Of a stretch of 64,000 nt of DNA, positions 56,802 to 64,000 are shown piece by piece; position 1 is the stretch's first letter, and each line of letters begins with the position of its first letter. The stretch is taken from positions 30,937 through 94,936 of the forward strand of contig CAXHJY010001316.1 of NCBI GenBank assembly GCA_964016885.1, read 5' to 3'. Under the pieces are notes generated by a model, which worked only from the letters and a program-made list of their open reading frames with translations, had not been told where the DNA came from and made no database searches. This DNA comes from Eledone cirrhosa. Lineage: Eukaryota. The position numbers and the translations under genes were made by a program.

Positions 56802-56899
56802 CTGGAATAAGAGATAATAAACACGATAAGTTTCGATAATAATAATAACTATTTCTTTATCAACCACAAAGTGTTGACAACAAATATATTAATGACAGC

Positions 56900-57472
56900 A
56901 CAAGGTGGTACAGGACGGTACAGGACGGTGTAGAACGGTGTAGAACGGTACAAGACGGTACAGGATGGTACAGGATGGTACAGGACAGCACAGGGCGGTA
57001 CAGGATGGTACAGGACGGTACAGGATGGCACAGGACGGTACAGGATGGCACAGGACGGTACAGGGTGGTACAGGACGGTACAGGGTGGTATAAGACGGTA
57101 CAAGACGGTAGAGGACAGTAGAGGATGGCACAGGACGGTACAGGATGGCACAGGACGGTACAGGGTGGTACAGAACGGTACAGGGTGGTATAAGACGGTA
57201 CAAGACGGTAGAGGACGGTACAGGATGGCACAGGACGGTACAGGATGGCACAGGACGGTACAGGGTGGTACAGGATGGCACAGGGTGGTATAAGACGGTA
57301 CAAGACGGTAGAGGACGGTAGAGGACGGTATAGGATGGCACAGGACGGTACAGTATGGCACAGGACGGTACAGGGTGGTACAGAACGGTACAGGGTGGTA
57401 TAAGACGGTACAAGACGGTAGAGGACGGTAGAGGATGGCACAGGACGGTACAGGCTGGTACAGGACGGTACA
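56900..57472. repeat. 10-bp tandem repeat (CAGGACGGTA variants), ~57 copies
   Basis: Direct reading. Confidence 0.95.
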
Positions 57473-57489
57473 TATATGGGTTTCTGCAT

Positions 57490-57800
57490 GTAAAAGACGA
57501 AACAAGAAAGATGTAACAAAAAATTGAAAACAAAGGAAAGATCCACAATAGGGGGAGACAACCGAGGGTTATTTACGGAGAACTCACAATAGTCAGGGTC
57601 ACCTTGACCACCAGGGCACGTGCCCTCTCCCAGTTTTCCACCTCCAATCTACAGGCGCATACTAAGAACAGGCCCATTTACTCGGGCCATGCTCGCCTCT
57701 CTCACCCATCTTTCAACAAATTGCTGGGAAGGGAGCACTTCCATCGCCATCAGGATTTTCCTTTTCAAATGAAATTTGAAAAGTTAAAGATCCAGAACAA
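57490..57800 (-). mobile_element. 3' end of LINE family B
   Basis: CCCATTTACTCGGGCCATGCTCGCCTCTCTCACCCATC matches 8180-8220. Confidence 0.55.
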
Positions 57801-57819
57801 ATACTGCTGAGAATTTGTC

Positions 57820-57975
57820 TGTTGTTGTAACACTGTTGTTATAACACTGTTGTTGTAACACTGTTGTCGTAACACTGTTGTCGTAACACTGTTGTTTTAA
57901 CACTGTTGTTGTAACACTGTTGTTTTAACACTGTTGTTGTAACACTGTTGTCACACTGTTGTTGTAACACTTGTT
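57820..57975. repeat. 14-bp tandem repeat (AACACTGTTGTTGT)
   Basis: Direct reading, about 10 copies. Confidence 0.9.
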
Positions 57976-58087
57976 CTAATACTGGTCAATAGCCAACACT
58001 TCAATAAAAGCGAACAAGAAATATTACCATCACGTAGCTAATATGAGAACAATATATTGTCTATAATTTGGGACATGCCCGTAATAA

Positions 58088-59650
58088 CACCGTGTAACAA
58101 ACATTTTTTTTCTCTGTTCCTGGCTTGTAATCACTTTTTTTGTGTTGCTTAGGTCCCATATAAATAAAAAAAGTGCTATTAAACAAATAAAAGTTTGGGT
58201 TTGTAAAAATTCTAAGCTATCCACTAGAATTATTTGTATGCTGGATTTTACGTTGAATGTAAGTTTAATTTCCTTATGTTAAATGATTTTTTTTATATAT
58301 GTTTCAGGTTAAATTAAAATTATAAAATAAAGAGTAATACCTAAAGAAAATTATAAAAGTGCAATAAAGTATTAAATTGTTAAAAAGTGGATTAAAGAGA
58401 TTTATTGATACTGGATTTTCACACCCTGAATAAAGGGTCAGTTGTGTTTTAAGCATTCGTCTCCAGGATGAAGCAGTAGAACTTGGTCAAGGAGGAAGTG
58501 CAGGTGACAAGTCAGAGAAGTCGACACGAACCTTTCCCAGGCTTTTACACTCTTAGGGATGGCCTCTGCTTCTGCCATGACGTGCCTGGACTGTTTGACA
58601 TTATTGGGGTGCCATTTGTGCCCAAGGAGTGGCGGCTATTTATAGTCAGCTCCACCACAAGTTTGAAGGCTGTCCTCCTCCACAATGGAAACAAGTTACC
58701 GACACTGCCCCTAGCTCGTTCAGTCTGCCTGAAGGAAGATTATTACAGTGTGAAAGTCCTCTTGGAAGCTCTGCAATACAACCAGTACAATTGGGAAATC
58801 ATTGGAGACTTCAAGATGATGGTTTTCTTGCTTGGACTCCAAGGAGGCTTTATCAAATTCCAATGCTTCCTCTGCCCTTGGGACAGCAGAGCCACCTCTG
58901 ACCACTACAAAAGAAAGAATTGGGAGCAGCGAACAGAATTTGTAGTTGGGACCCGGAACGTCATATGGGAGCCACTGGTTGATCCCAGGATTGTGCTCAT
59001 GCCGCCACTGCACATTAAGTTGGGGTTGATGAAGCAGTTTGTGAAGGCTCTCAATCAAGAATCAGCCGCTTTTAAGTACCTTCTTGAGTTCTTCCCCAAG
59101 TTATCTGAGGCCAAAATCAAAGGTGGAATTTTTGTTGGACCTCAGATAAAGAAGGTGTTTGAGTCTACCGAGTTCTCCAATAAGCTCAATAGGATTGAGA
59201 GAACAGCATGGAACTGTTTCAAGGCAGTTGTTAAGGGCTTCCTGGGTAACTACAGAGCTGAAAACTACCAGCAACTGGTGCAGGATCTGATAAAGGCTTT
59301 TGGCGACATGGGATTCAGGATGTCGCTTAAACTCCATATGCTGGACGTTCACCTGGAAAAATTCAAGGACAATATGGGCGCCTACTCAGAAGAACGAGGC
59401 GAACAATTCCACCAAGATGTGAAAGAGATAGAGCGGAGGTACCAGGGCCACTACAATGAAATAATGATGGGGGACTATATCTGGGGAATAGTGCGGGAAT
59501 GCGACCTGGACTACAACCGCAAATCCAGGAAATCCAATCATTTCTGACGTGTATAAGTTGCTTTATAAGTGTTATTTGTTTTTACTTGTTTGCTTTTGAT
59601 ACGCTTGTGTAATAAAATAAATATATACTCTGTTGATTTAATTATATTAA
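58088..59650 (+). mobile_element. Chapaev3-type (CMC superfamily) DNA transposon, internally deleted, 3' terminus not seen
   Basis: 5' end TAA|CACCGTGTAACAAAC...TGTTCCTGG resembles Chapaev3 termini as recalled; the transposase ORF lies downstream. Confidence 0.7.
58456..59547 (+). pseudogene. Chapaev3-like DDE transposase, C-terminal ~360 aa, inactivated
   Basis: Family motifs WRLFI(D>V)SS..SLKAVLLHNGN, GDFKM..LLG.QGG..K..CFLC.WDSR, PPLHIKLGLMKQFVKAL, GPQI, MSLK.H, SEE.GE.FHQD....E.RYQG. In-frame TAG at 58477-58479; N-terminal region absent. Confidence 0.8.
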
Positions 59651-59742
59651 GTAAGGATGAATGGCAAAGTTAACCTCGGCAGGATTTGAACTCAGACCAT
59701 AAAGGACCGTAACTCTATGCTGCAAAGCATGGTGTCTGACGA
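59651..59742 (-). mobile_element. SINE family A fragment
   Basis: GTAAGGATGAATGGCAAAGTTAACCTCGGCAGGATTTGAACTCAG. Confidence 0.8.
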
Positions 59743-61354
59743 TATGGTATAAACATATATTAACATAAAGGTAGCATGCATATGAAGAGCCGCAGCTCTC
59801 CACGCTAAACTTAAATAGCTCTGCTAGAAAGAGCCGAGACCTTGCATAAGACATCGGTTTAATAGCACGGTTTATATAGAACAATCTTTACACCACACCC
59901 AATACAATAATTACTTAAATAAAAGAAAACAACTCACACAACAGATATATATATATACTCTACAATTATTAGTACCCTCTAAAATAACACAACTCACATT
60001 ACACACACCATACACAACCGAACAAACACAAGAAACTACAAGCTAAACCTCCATAACAAAACAAGACTGATGCAGTACATTAACTGGAGCTGTCTATATT
60101 CCATCTACTCCACTTCATAACAAAAATCAGAATACAATACAGCAAACATCCCATAACACCGGGATAAGCTCCAGGTTTCGTTCGGACTGTAAAGTATGGA
60201 AAACACGGACGTGAAACGAAAACTCATATTTTTACAGCTTCTCCCTTAAGACAAAAGGATATACTAGAAATAGTGTCAATCACCTCGACCAACCCTCCAA
60301 TTCTACCACAACATAAACATATTTTATTCTCTTTATGTTGTAATATTTTATTTTATTGATAATTCATTTTAAATATTTTATTTATTGATGCAAATTTTTC
60401 CGCGTCAATGAATTGGACATTATGACAGAAGCAGGAGAAGGAGAAGACTTACATTTTTCGTGACGGTCATTGTTGGCACGCTTGATCGAATAACGACACT
60501 TTAAGTTGCCAGACGATTAAATTAATCAAGCAAATTAAACATAATTAAATATAATTAATAAGGAAAAATAAACGGAAAAGAAAGGAAGAATAAAAAGACA
60601 TCGGCGCCATATTTCATTGATTTGGTTGATTAGAGAAGTAATTAGACACATTGTTTATTTGAGTTATGTTGTTGTTGTTGTTGTGTGGGGGTGGGAGAGT
60701 GTGCAAATATGGACAAGTATGTATGTACCGCTTCTATTTGTATTTCAGCATATATATGTGTGTATGTGTGCGTGCGTGCGTGTGTCATTAGGCAGATTTA
60801 GAAGAAAAGAATTCAAAGTTTATGTATGTATTATGTATGTATGTATATATCTATCTATCTATATCTATATATATATATATATCTTCTAGGAAACCTGGTC
60901 TCCCTGCACCAAGCTTTAACACCCCAGCGGGCAGGCGCTGCTAAAAACATTCGGAAACTAACCATGCATCCCAGGCCCAGCATGAATCGACCCAGGCGGG
61001 CAGGCGCAGAAAACAAACGTCTCGAAACAAACGTTGCATACCTGACCCTGTGCGTATCGGCAATGGTAAGGTAGTAACCACATGCTTTTATCGGCTAAAA
61101 AAAATTTGTCCGGGAAAGACTGCCCTAACACCGGCCAGTGTTATCTCCCTTGACCTACTGCAAAATCAAAACATGTTTTTTTACGAAGAATGAACTCTGA
61201 CGTGAACTTATCTCTAAAAACCCATTCAGGTCATGTAAGGAACGCTTTTTAGTTATTATACCCATGAGAAGCCCATTCAGGCGAAACGTACATAGGTGCT
61301 ATTTTAAATAAACGTGTTTTAACGGTCTGTTTTCCTGTACTTTACTTCTCCACG

Positions 61355-64000
<2,646 letters not shown>

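Noticed and set aside
61255-61300. Additional hammerhead candidates (also 17440-17480 minus, 26580-26615 and 52001-52030)
   Set aside because: Each lacks an intact CUGANGA, a pairable stem II or the GAAA/UH elements.

Overview
This is a eukaryotic, AT-rich and extremely repeat-dense window. The tRNA-derived SINE family, the LINE remnants and the huge (TA)n/(CA)n tracts suggest a cephalopod, probably Octopus (inference). Nearly all ORFs in the track are simple-repeat artefacts. The only convincing host coding piece is one 171-bp cadherin-repeat exon on the minus strand (56631-56801), so part of the window is probably intronic. Mobile DNA comprises about 20 copies or fragments of one tRNA-derived SINE family, a CORE-type SINE, CR1-, RTE-, R4/Dong-, Tx1/L1- and Penelope-like fragments, foldback/MITE-like palindromes and a decayed Chapaev3-type transposase. 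Most notable: (1) a ~10.7-kb 27-bp satellite (26.7-37.4 kb) that grew inside a single SINE from its Pol III A-box segment and has higher-order structure; (2) a separate 18-copy minisatellite carrying a consensus B box per unit, plus a third B-box-like array; (3) three intact-looking and one degenerate minimal type I hammerhead ribozymes.
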